This document shows, piece by piece, positions 1 through 7,840 of a stretch of DNA of 64,000 bases; position 1 is the first letter of the stretch, and each line of letters opens with the position of its first letter. Under the pieces are notes generated by a model, which saw nothing but the letters and a program-made list of their open reading frames with translations, was not told where the DNA came from and searched no databases. A program made the translations under genes and the position numbers. Source of the DNA: an uncultured Chloroflexia bacterium. Its GTDB lineage: Bacteria; Chloroflexota; Limnocylindria; QHBO01. The stretch spans positions 393,021 to 457,020 of the forward strand of contig CAWGTN010000002.1 in NCBI GenBank assembly GCA_963825525.1. Direction: 5' to 3'.

Positions 1-799
1 GACCCGCATCCTGGGACTCCGACCAGGTCGCGATTCCCTCGTTCAGCCAGCGGGCCGGTTCGTGGAACGCGTTATCGGTGGCGTCGGCGAAGACGATATG
101 GGTGACCTCGTGGACCATCGCGACCTCGAGGTAGTCGTTCGAGCCGGCTCCGAGCCACATGAAGATCGTCCGCATCTCGGAGAAGGCGGCCGCCCCGGTC
201 CACTCGCGGGCTCCGGGACCCAGCGCCTTGAAGAAGTCGTCACGCGACGCGTACACGAAGACGTCCACCGGCCCGGCCAGGCGGGTGCCGAGCAGATCCT
301 CCGCCTGGGCAACGCCATCCGCCGTCAGCTCCCCGAAGCGTCGAGCCTGCGCCTCGGCATCTCCGTACCAGTGGACGGTGGCCTCCCCGAGCTGCGCTCG
401 CTGCCACCCCAGGCTCTCGCGGTCGTCCTCGTAGCGAATGGTGGATGTCTCGCTCAGCTCAGCCGTTCCGTCGTCGGTTGTCGCCCGCCACCAGTACGTG
501 ATCAGGGTGTTGGGCGTCACGTAGTCGACCGACGTGTCCCACACGTAGGTCGCGGAGCTGCCGCTCGCCTCGACGGGAAGGACGACCGCGGTATCGCTGC
601 CGGGGAACCGTGCCAGCAGCTCGAGCCGATCCGGCTCGCCGCCCTGGAGCTCCACGTCGAAGCGAATCTCGACCTCGTACGTCGAATCGGCGCTCACCTC
701 ACCGAATCCGCTGAAGGCGGCCACGGGCGATGCGAGCACAAGGGTGGTCGCCGCCAGCGCGAGCACCGGAACGACAGCTCCTCGAATCAGCCGTCCCAT
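1..799 (-). CDS. secreted peptidase MA-family (gluzincin) zinc metalloprotease, partial; C-terminus lies beyond window start
   Basis: Manual minus-strand translation: ATG at 799 gives the signal peptide MGRLIRGAVVPVLALAATTLVLASPVAAFSG. An HEVTH motif followed 19 residues later by WLNEGIATWSE (HEXXH-X19-E) sits near position 100. G/C is strongly preferred at third codon positions. Absent from the ORF track only because there is no stop codon inside the window. The start overlaps the stop of the upstream binding-protein gene by 13 nt. Confidence 0.7.
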   Translation of the reverse strand, partial: MGRLIRGAVVPVLALAATTLVLASPVAAFSGFGEVSADSTYEVEIRFDVELQGGEPDRLELLARFPGSDTAVVLPVEASGSSATYVWDTSVDYVTPNTLITYWWRATTDDGTAELSETSTIRYEDDRESLGWQRAQLGEATVHWYGDAEAQARRFGELTADGVAQAEDLLGTRLAGPVDVFVYASRDDFFKALGPGAREWTGAAAFSEMRTIFMWLGAGSNDYLEVAMVHEVTHIVFADATDNAFHEPARWLNEGIATWSESQDAG

Positions 800-2340
800 G
801 ACACCCTCCCGAAATCGATCAGGCCGATCGTGAGGTTGCCCAGGCCGCGCAGGCCGTCGGCCACCAACCACCAATTCTCGTCATACGACCACGGAATGAC
901 CGGCGCCTCCTCCGCCACGCGCTCCTCGACCGCGTCGTACGCGCGGCCGACCTCGTCTTCGGCTGCCCCCGCGGCCGCGTCCAGCAGTCGAACGAAGTCG
1001 GCGTCGCGCCATCGCCCGTAGTTGCTCAGTGCGTCCGGCTCGAGGAGAAGGCCGTACAGCGCGTGCGGAGACGCGTAGTCGGCGATCCAGTTGATCGTGA
1101 AGATCTGCGGCGGTCTCGACTCCAGGTCCTGGAGAAATGCCCCGGCACCGGGAGTCTCCGTCTCGATGGTCACGCCCAGCTCTTCGCGCCATACGGCGAC
1201 AGCCGGGTCAACAAAGAGCCCGTAGGCGTTGACCGTGATCGTGCCCAGGTCCGCCCGATCCTCGTACCCGGCCTCGTCGAGCAATTGGCGGGCGCGGGCT
1301 GGATCGCTCGCCAGGCGCGGGCTGAAGCCCTCTGGCCAGATGGCGGGAGGCACGATGCTCGCCGCCGCCATCGATCCACCGCCCTCCGACAGCGGCACCA
1401 GGCGCTCCCGGTCGAGTGCAAGGCTGAACGCCAGGCGCACGCGGGCATCGTCGAACGGCGGACGCGACGTGTCGAATCCGAAGTAGCTGATGGTGAGCGG
1501 CTCGGCGGCATGCAGCCGCTTGCCGAGGTCGCGGTCATAGGCAATCCAGGTGGCGTCCGAGCCGGCCACCGGCGCCAGGTCGACGTTCCCGTCCGCGAAC
1601 GCGTTCACCGATCCGCCGTCAGCACCTCCCACCCACCGAACCTCGTCGATCGGAGGCGGACCGGCGACGTAGCGCGGGTTTGCCTTGAGCACGACATCGG
1701 CGCCATCGAGGCCATCGATGACGTAGGGGCCGCTGCCGACGAAGGCATCCGGGTTCTGCCAGGTCGGCGTCGCATCGGCCGTCGCCGGGACGACGAACGT
1801 GGTCGGAGTTGCCACGATGTCAAGAAAGTACGAGGCCGGGTGCCGAAGGGTGACGATCAGGGTTCGATCATCGGGCGCCGCGATCGCGACCTCGTCCGCC
1901 TCGATCTCCCCGGCGATGCGCTCCGGCGCGCCACGGATGATGCTCAGCACATCGGGCGCCGTTGCACTCGTGGCCGGGTCCAGCAGGCGAAGCCACGAGC
2001 GTCGGACATCCTCGGCCACCAGCGGATCGCCATCGCTGAACTCGAGATCGGGTCGAATCGCGAACTCATAGGTGAGCCCGTCGTCGCTGATCTCCCACCC
2101 GGAGGCGAGAGAGGGGTACGGCTCGCCGGTCTCGTCCAGCCGCGTCAACCCGGCATACACCTGGAGCAGGAACTGCACGTCGCCGGCGTTGATGATGAAC
2201 GCCGGATCGAGGGTGCTCGGCGCTCCGCCCAGGTAGCGGAGGGGCGGGCCGGCGGCGCGCGCGCTGCTGCCCGGAAGCGCCACGGCCAGCACGACAGCGC
2301 CCGCCGCGACCAACGCGGCTACCCGTGTCAGATGTCGCAT
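787..2340 (-). CDS. ABC transporter substrate-binding protein, family 5 (peptide/nickel, OppA/DppA-like)
   Basis: 517-aa ORF with an N-terminal signal peptide and length and composition typical of cluster C binding proteins; co-oriented with the metalloprotease. Confidence 0.85.
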   Translation of the reverse strand: MRHLTRVAALVAAGAVVLAVALPGSSARAAGPPLRYLGGAPSTLDPAFIINAGDVQFLLQVYAGLTRLDETGEPYPSLASGWEISDDGLTYEFAIRPDLEFSDGDPLVAEDVRRSWLRLLDPATSATAPDVLSIIRGAPERIAGEIEADEVAIAAPDDRTLIVTLRHPASYFLDIVATPTTFVVPATADATPTWQNPDAFVGSGPYVIDGLDGADVVLKANPRYVAGPPPIDEVRWVGGADGGSVNAFADGNVDLAPVAGSDATWIAYDRDLGKRLHAAEPLTISYFGFDTSRPPFDDARVRLAFSLALDRERLVPLSEGGGSMAAASIVPPAIWPEGFSPRLASDPARARQLLDEAGYEDRADLGTITVNAYGLFVDPAVAVWREELGVTIETETPGAGAFLQDLESRPPQIFTINWIADYASPHALYGLLLEPDALSNYGRWRDADFVRLLDAAAGAAEDEVGRAYDAVEERVAEEAPVIPWSYDENWWLVADGLRGLGNLTIGLIDFGRVSWDG

Positions 2341-2405
2341 GCGGGCTCCATTGGCGAGGCGGCCAGGATGAGAGCTCGACGCACGGCGGCTAGTATACGG
2401 TCGCC

Positions 2406-2942
2406 GTGCAGCCCGTCCATGAACACCGATTTCAACCCCAGCCCGCGGGCAGTCTGACCCTGCGCCAGTTCGTCGAATCTCTTCGCCGATGGACGCCGGA
2501 GATGCGCCAGATGGTGCAGATCGCGCTCACTCGCACGGCGGAAGAACGCGGGACCTACCTCCAGCAGTTCCATGCCGGCCATCACGAGCGGCAGCCCGGA
2601 CCACTCGACGGCTTCATGCGATGGGCGTACTCCGACCCGCGGCTGGAGGACATCCCCCTCCTGCTGGCCGAGCTGGACCGCACCGATGGGGACTACGCGG
2701 GCGCGCTGGAGCACGAGGCCGATGTCCTCGTCCGGGAACGCGCTCATGGCAAGTCGGCGGCTCAGCGCGTGGCGGACTACCTCGCCCTGCTCGGCATGGA
2801 GACGAGCGATCGCGTCCGCGCCGCGGTGGCAAGCCTGCTTCCGCCGGAGACGCCGGCCCCGGCCGTTACCGCCACCATCCGGCAGATGCGCCGCAGATGG
2901 CTCGAGCTGTATGGCGACGATCCCTTCTTCGGCGAGGATTGA
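2406..2942 (+). CDS. hypothetical protein
   Basis: 178-aa ORF with protein-like composition and strong G/C preference at third codon positions; the overlapping minus-strand ORF is Arg/Gly-rich nonsense. Confidence 0.55.
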   Translation: MQPVHEHRFQPQPAGSLTLRQFVESLRRWTPEMRQMVQIALTRTAEERGTYLQQFHAGHHERQPGPLDGFMRWAYSDPRLEDIPLLLAELDRTDGDYAGALEHEADVLVRERAHGKSAAQRVADYLALLGMETSDRVRAAVASLLPPETPAPAVTATIRQMRRRWLELYGDDPFFGED

Positions 2943-2943
2943 C

Positions 2944-3564
2944 GTGAGGTCGCGGCGCACGCTGGGGTGGGCGTTGATCGCCTACGGCATGCTCGGCATC
3001 GCACTCATCGTGGGCGGAGCACCGGCCGGCCTGTCGCTGGCGGCGAGCGTCGAACGACTCGCGGTCACGGCCGACGACACGCTCCGCGCGGCCGTGACGA
3101 GTACCGAGGCCGCCGCGGCAGCATTCGTGAACGTGGATGGCAGTCTCGCTCAGGCGGAGTCATCGGCAGGGTCGGCCGCCCAGCTCTCGCGCGACGCATC
3201 GGGCACGCTGGCCTCACTCGCGGCCGCCATGGAGCTCTCGGTGTTCGGCGTTCAGCCGCTGTTGCCGCTGGCCGGCGAATTCGAGACCAGCGCCAGCCAG
3301 GCATCGGCTCTGGGCGATGAGCTGGCGGATGTGGCGGGTTCGATGGGCGGAACCCGGGAGGACGTGGCCCGCATCGGCACCGAGCTCAGTGGGTTGAGCA
3401 CCGAGCTCGGCAAGCTCAGGGAAGCGGGCGGGAGCGGTAGTGCTCCCCCTCCGATCCGCGCGTTCGTCCTGCTCCTGCTCGCCTGGCTGATGGTTCCGGC
3501 GGTCGGCGGCATCGTGGGTGGCGCCGCGCTCCTCAGATCCGGGATGCCACGCTCAACGACCTGA
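2944..3564 (+). CDS. membrane protein (N- and C-terminal TM helices, Ala/Ser/Glu-rich central region)
   Basis: GTG at 2944 lies 1 nt after the stop of the preceding gene and is preceded by GAGGAT. The product begins MRSRRTLGWALIAYGMLGIALIVGG. The in-frame 5' extension of ORF 2572..3564 is non-protein-like. Confidence 0.55.
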   Translation: MRSRRTLGWALIAYGMLGIALIVGGAPAGLSLAASVERLAVTADDTLRAAVTSTEAAAAAFVNVDGSLAQAESSAGSAAQLSRDASGTLASLAAAMELSVFGVQPLLPLAGEFETSASQASALGDELADVAGSMGGTREDVARIGTELSGLSTELGKLREAGGSGSAPPPIRAFVLLLLAWLMVPAVGGIVGGAALLRSGMPRSTT

Positions 3565-3568
3565 AGGA

Positions 3569-4777
3569 TCAATCGGCGGTGCGGATCACCCGTCGCAGGC
3601 GCAGCAACGCCCCGACATACAACACCACGCCGATCCCGAGCAGCGCGAAGAGCATCCACGGTGTGGTCACCGACCCTCGGAGCATGAGGTCCTGGAGCGT
3701 GGCGATGCCGTGGGTCACCGGCAACGCGTACGCGATGTACTGCATCCACTCGGCGAAATCGCTGACGGGCAGAACGAATCCGGAGAAGAAGACGCTCGCC
3801 AGGAGGATGAGCATGCTCAGCTGCACCGCCTGCCGCTCCGAGTCCGCGACCAGGGAGATCAGCAGCCCGAACCCGAGCGACGCGAACGTCAGCAGCAGCA
3901 CGATCCCGGCGAACATCGCGATGCTCCCGAGCAGGGGAACCCCCAGCACCCCGACCAGCAGCGCGCCAACGATGCCGCTCACCACCAGGCTGAGTGCCGC
4001 GTAGGCCACGTACTTGCCGACAAGAAGCTCCATCGACGTCACCGGGGCCACCCTGAATCGGTCCATCTGGCCGGACAGCCGCTCACGGACCATCGACAGG
4101 GCGGTCAGCGTGATGGCCAGGTGCTGGATCACGAGCGCGAAGACTGCCGGGCCGAAGAAGTTCAGGACCTGCGGCTGCGAGGGCGCCACGTTCTCGGTCT
4201 CGGCCGTCGTGGGCCGCGCAATGACCTCGGGCGGAATGTTGGTGGCGGCCGGCCCCAGCTCACCCTCCGCGAAGTCGATCCCCTCGCCGGCCGCGCGCTC
4301 CACGATCTCGGCATTCAGGCTGCTCACCAGGATCGAGGTGGCCAACGTGGCCAATTGGTCGTAGACCGGGTCGACCTGGTTCCACGCCACGCGGATCGTC
4401 GTCTGGCGCCCAGCACGCAGCTCCTTCTCAGAGTCCTGCGGGACGATGACCAACAGGTCCATCTCGCCGTTGCGGAGGCGCTGTTCGGCCGCCGCACGGT
4501 CCTCGGACACCCGCGTCACTTCGAGGCGGCCGGGGGCCAGGCTCTCGTACGACTCGGCGGATCGCGAGAAGTCGCTTCCAACGGGCACCACGATCTCCGT
4601 GGCGAAGGGGGCGCGGTAGCCGCTGTAGCCGAGTCCGAACAGAAACATCACGAGGAACGGGCCGAGGATGAGGCTGAGGACGACCCCGGGGCGCCGGAGG
4701 ACCTCTCGGAGCTCCTTGCCCGTGAACGAGGCCATGCGGACCACGCTGTGCGAGATGCCCTGCCAGGCGCTACCCAC
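3569..4777 (-). CDS. ABC-2 family transporter permease
   Basis: 402 aa, with an N-terminal TM helix, a large extracytoplasmic loop and five C-terminal TM helices; overlaps the ATPase gene by 8 nt. Confidence 0.85.
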   Translation of the reverse strand: MGSAWQGISHSVVRMASFTGKELREVLRRPGVVLSLILGPFLVMFLFGLGYSGYRAPFATEIVVPVGSDFSRSAESYESLAPGRLEVTRVSEDRAAAEQRLRNGEMDLLVIVPQDSEKELRAGRQTTIRVAWNQVDPVYDQLATLATSILVSSLNAEIVERAAGEGIDFAEGELGPAATNIPPEVIARPTTAETENVAPSQPQVLNFFGPAVFALVIQHLAITLTALSMVRERLSGQMDRFRVAPVTSMELLVGKYVAYAALSLVVSGIVGALLVGVLGVPLLGSIAMFAGIVLLLTFASLGFGLLISLVADSERQAVQLSMLILLASVFFSGFVLPVSDFAEWMQYIAYALPVTHGIATLQDLMLRGSVTTPWMLFALLGIGVVLYVGALLRLRRVIRTAD

Positions 4778-5768
4778 GTGCCTGGTCCTCCAGCGGCTCG
4801 GGAGCGGGTCGTCCCTCGCGCGAGGCTCGCCGGCGCTCGACCAGCCCGGTGAAGACCTCGTCGAAGGTCGGCTGATGCTCCTCGAGACCGGTCACGCCGA
4901 TGCCGGCGCGGCGAAGGGTCTCGATGATCTGCGGCGTGGTGCTCGCGGCGTCCTCGGTCGTGACGATGAGCTTGCGGGCAGCCGGCTGGCGCACTCCGGT
5001 CACACCGGCCACGCTGGCCAGGACATCGGCGTCGACCGCGCGCTCGGTGTTCACCTCCAGCACTTCTCCGCCGAAGACGAGCCGGCGCAGGGCGTCGGGC
5101 GTGTCGAGCGCGACGAGTTCACCATCGGCAATGAGGGCCACCCGGTCGCAGTACTCGGCCTCGGTGACGTACTGCGTCGTGACCACCAGGGTTCGTCCGT
5201 CGTCTCGAAGCGCCCGGAGCTCGTCCCAGATCGCCTGGCGCAGGACCGGATCGATCCCGGCCGTGGGCTCGTCAACGAACAGCACATCCGGGCGGTGGAC
5301 CAGCGCGCAGGCGAGCTCGAGCCGGCGCTGCATGCCGCCTGAGAGGTCGCGCGCCAACCGGTGGCGAGCGTCATAGAGGTCCACGACCTCGAGCGCCCGC
5401 CGGATCTCGCGCCGACGTCGGAACGGCCCGATGCCGTAGAGGGCGGCAACGAACCCGACGTTCTCCTGGGCGGAGAGATCCTCGTACAGGCTGAACAGCT
5501 GGGGCATGTACGCGATGCGCCCGCGCGTCCTGCGGGTGAAGTCCATCGGGTCCTCGCCGAGAACGCTGATCTCACCTTCGTTACGGCCCAGCGTCCCGGT
5601 CAGCATCCGGATGGTCGTGGTCTTGCCCGACCCGCTCGGGCCGACGACGCCGAGGATGGTGCCGCGCTCAACCTCGAACGAGAGGTCATCGACGACGGTG
5701 CGGTCCTCGAAGGCGCGAGTCACGTGGGCGACCGAGATGATCGGTTGCGTGGCTTGTGGTGCGGTCAC
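4770..5768 (-). CDS. ABC transporter ATP-binding protein (ABC-2/DrrA-like with C-terminal extension)
   Basis: Walker A GPSGSGKTT, signature LSGGMQRR and Walker B LFVDEPTAGID. Start chosen at GTG 5768; the upstream 137 codons of the ORF are antisense-type nonsense. Confidence 0.85.
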   Translation of the reverse strand: MTAPQATQPIISVAHVTRAFEDRTVVDDLSFEVERGTILGVVGPSGSGKTTTIRMLTGTLGRNEGEISVLGEDPMDFTRRTRGRIAYMPQLFSLYEDLSAQENVGFVAALYGIGPFRRRREIRRALEVVDLYDARHRLARDLSGGMQRRLELACALVHRPDVLFVDEPTAGIDPVLRQAIWDELRALRDDGRTLVVTTQYVTEAEYCDRVALIADGELVALDTPDALRRLVFGGEVLEVNTERAVDADVLASVAGVTGVRQPAARKLIVTTEDAASTTPQIIETLRRAGIGVTGLEEHQPTFDEVFTGLVERRRASREGRPAPEPLEDQARG

Positions 5769-5903
5769 GGCCGTGCCGAATGCAAGTCGTGTGCCGCCCG
5801 CCGAGCAAGCCCTCGGCGCGAATTGGGATCCCCTGGTCCGGTCCGTTCCGGCATGCGATGTGCCAGTCGAAGCGGTGTAGCCGATGAGGAGACCAGCAAC
5901 CCG

Positions 5904-6155
5904 ATGACCAGCATGACCGCCGACGAGCGTGACGATCTTCGCAAGGACCAGTTCGCCTACGTCGACCGCGAGGGTGGCGAGCACCTGCCGATCCACGACG
6001 AGTCCCACGTGCGAAACGCCATTGCTCGCTTCAACCAGACCGATTTCGAGAGCAAGACGGCCAAGGAGGAGGCGCGCAAGAAGATCCTGCGCGCCGCCGA
6101 TCGGCACGGCATCGAAGTGGACGAGGACAGCAACGTCCGCCAACCGGTGCGCTGA
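5904..6155 (+). CDS. small acidic hypothetical protein, translationally coupled to ku
   Basis: ATG at 5904 preceded by GAGGAG. The 83-aa product begins MTSMTADERDDLRKDQFAYVDREGGEHLPIHDESHVRNAIARFNQ. Its stop TGA shares a base with the ku ATG (TGATG). Confidence 0.6.
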   Translation: MTSMTADERDDLRKDQFAYVDREGGEHLPIHDESHVRNAIARFNQTDFESKTAKEEARKKILRAADRHGIEVDEDSNVRQPVR

Positions 6156-6986
6156 TGCGACCGATCTGGAAGGGCGCAATCAGCTTCGGGATGGTCACCA
6201 TCCCGGTGAAGGTCTACACGGCCACCGAGGGGAAGGACGTGCGGTTCCGGCTCCTCCACAAGACGGACGGAGCGCCGATCGAGGAGAAGCGGTTCTGCAC
6301 CGAGGATGGGAAGGAAGTGGCCTGGGATGACCTCGTCCGTGGATACGAGGTCAGCAAGGGCGAGTTCGTGATCCTGGAGCCCGACGAGATCGACGCAGCC
6401 AAGCCTGAAAGCAGCACGACGATCGACATCGGCGACTTCGTGGAGGCTTCGGAGATCGACGCCGTCTACTTCGAGAAGAGCTACTTCCTCGAGCCGACCG
6501 GGGTCGGTGCCAAGCCCTTCAGCCTCCTGCGCCGCGCGCTCGAGGAGACCGATCGAGTGGCCCTGGCACGCGTGACACTCCGAACCCGGGAGCGGCTCGC
6601 CACGCTCCGCACGTACGAGGACACGCTGCTCCTCGAGACGATGTTCTGGCCCGATGAGATTCGATCGACCGGTGCGCTGGACCTTCCCGAAGGCGAGGAG
6701 GCGCGCGTCCGTGGCAAGGAGCTCGACATGGCGCGAACCCTCATCGGCGATCTGGCCGACCGGTTCCGTCCCGAGCGCTATACCGACACATACCGGACGG
6801 CGCTCGAGAGCCTGATCGAGCAGAAGATGCGGGGCGAGGTAAAGAACTCGAAGCGTCGAAAGGCCGAGCCCAAGGTCATCGACCTCATGGAGGCGCTCAA
6901 GGCGAGTGTTGCGGAGGCCGGCAAGAAGGGCACGAAGCGTCGCTCCGACCGCGGGCCGGCAGAAGAAGCGCCGCTCCGCCGCCTGA
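6155..6986 (+). CDS. ku: Ku family non-homologous end-joining DNA-binding protein; 3' end inferred assuming a 1-nt indel near 6953
   Basis: N-terminus MRPIWKGAISFGMVTIPVKVYTATE is diagnostic. As given, the frame has no stop until 7795 and runs antisense through the convergent gene. A 1-nt change in the GGG run at 6953-6955 yields the K/R-rich tail ...RRSDRGRQKKRRSAA followed by TGA at 6984-6986. Confidence 0.8.
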
Positions 6987-6991
6987 GTCGG

Positions 6992-7672
6992 CTAGAAGCG
7001 CTCCTGCTCTTCCTCGAGGTCGTCGCCGCCGACGCTCCCCGACCGCTCGGGTTCCGCGGATCCGCCGACACCGAGCGTGACGTCCGCCCGCGACGTCCCC
7101 TCCACTTCGCGACGCTCACCCGGAGTGAAGCTGTCGCTCGTGTCGTCGGGCGTCAGGTCGCCGGTGGCGCCGGTCATGCCGCCACCACCGGCGTTGCCGC
7201 GATCGGTCATCGCTGGCTTCCCGCCTCGACCTCGCCGCGCCAGGCGCCCGATCTCGGAGCCGCGGCTCTCGATGAACTCCTTGAAGCGTTCGAGGTCGCC
7301 CTTGACCTGACGGTCGAGGAACCCGAGCGCGCTTCCGACGGTCTCGACCAGTCCCTCTGGGTCAGCGTCCAGCTGCAGGGTCACCCGGGTCGTCTCGTCG
7401 TCGATGCGGTGAAAAGTCACGACGCCGGCGTTATCGGCGCCCGAGGTGGAGTTCCACGCCACGCGCTCGTCGGCATGCTGCTCGGTGACCTCGGCGTCCC
7501 ACTCCTTTTCCTTGCCCGCCACCTCGGCAACCCAATGGAGATGGGTGTCATCGGTCTGCGTGACCGACTTCACGCCTTCCATGAAGTGAGGGAAGTCCTC
7601 GAACTGGGTCCACTGGTTGTAGGCGGTGCTGACGGGCACCTTGACGTCGATGCTCTCTACGACGGAAGCCAT
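6992..7672 (-). CDS. SRPBCC (polyketide cyclase/dehydrase, START-like) family protein with Gly/Asp-rich C-terminal tail
   Basis: ATG at 7672 with GAGGAG 7 nt upstream; product begins MASVVESIDVKVPVSTAYNQWTQFEDFPHFMEGVKSV. Confidence 0.8.
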   Translation of the reverse strand: MASVVESIDVKVPVSTAYNQWTQFEDFPHFMEGVKSVTQTDDTHLHWVAEVAGKEKEWDAEVTEQHADERVAWNSTSGADNAGVVTFHRIDDETTRVTLQLDADPEGLVETVGSALGFLDRQVKGDLERFKEFIESRGSEIGRLARRGRGGKPAMTDRGNAGGGGMTGATGDLTPDDTSDSFTPGERREVEGTSRADVTLGVGGSAEPERSGSVGGDDLEEEQERF

Positions 7673-7840
7673 GGTCGATCTCCTCTGCGCGTGCGGCGCG
7701 ATGCGATACGTGGTTGCCTGACCACCTTGCAAGGGACGCGCCAGCGCGCACCTCCTCCCATCCCGGCTGAGGGCAAAGGGTCCGTATACTCATGAGGCCC
7801 GCCGCCACCCAGCCCGTCCCGATGTGCCCGCGGAGGCTCC

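Noticed and set aside
62-1021. 319-aa plus-strand ORF (also 1063..2457, 3518..4852, 14250..15452, 19113..20141, 20135..21058, 21199..23124, 23500..25749, 25680..27197, 28289-antisense ORFs, 35236..36462, 37736..39400, 45519..46610, 46292..47302, 48398..49435, 49536..50705, 50603..51874, 61570..63033 and similar)
   Set aside because: These are Arg/Gly/Pro-rich, low-complexity translations lying antisense or out of frame to well-supported genes. They are typical of high-GC DNA, where stop codons are rare. They show no G/C preference at codon third positions and no recognisable motifs.
6155-7795. Full 546-aa Ku ORF as given in the ORF track
   Set aside because: Beyond ~residue 270 the translation is antisense to the convergent SRPBCC gene and is not protein-like. 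A Ku of ~277 aa with a frame correction is far more plausible.
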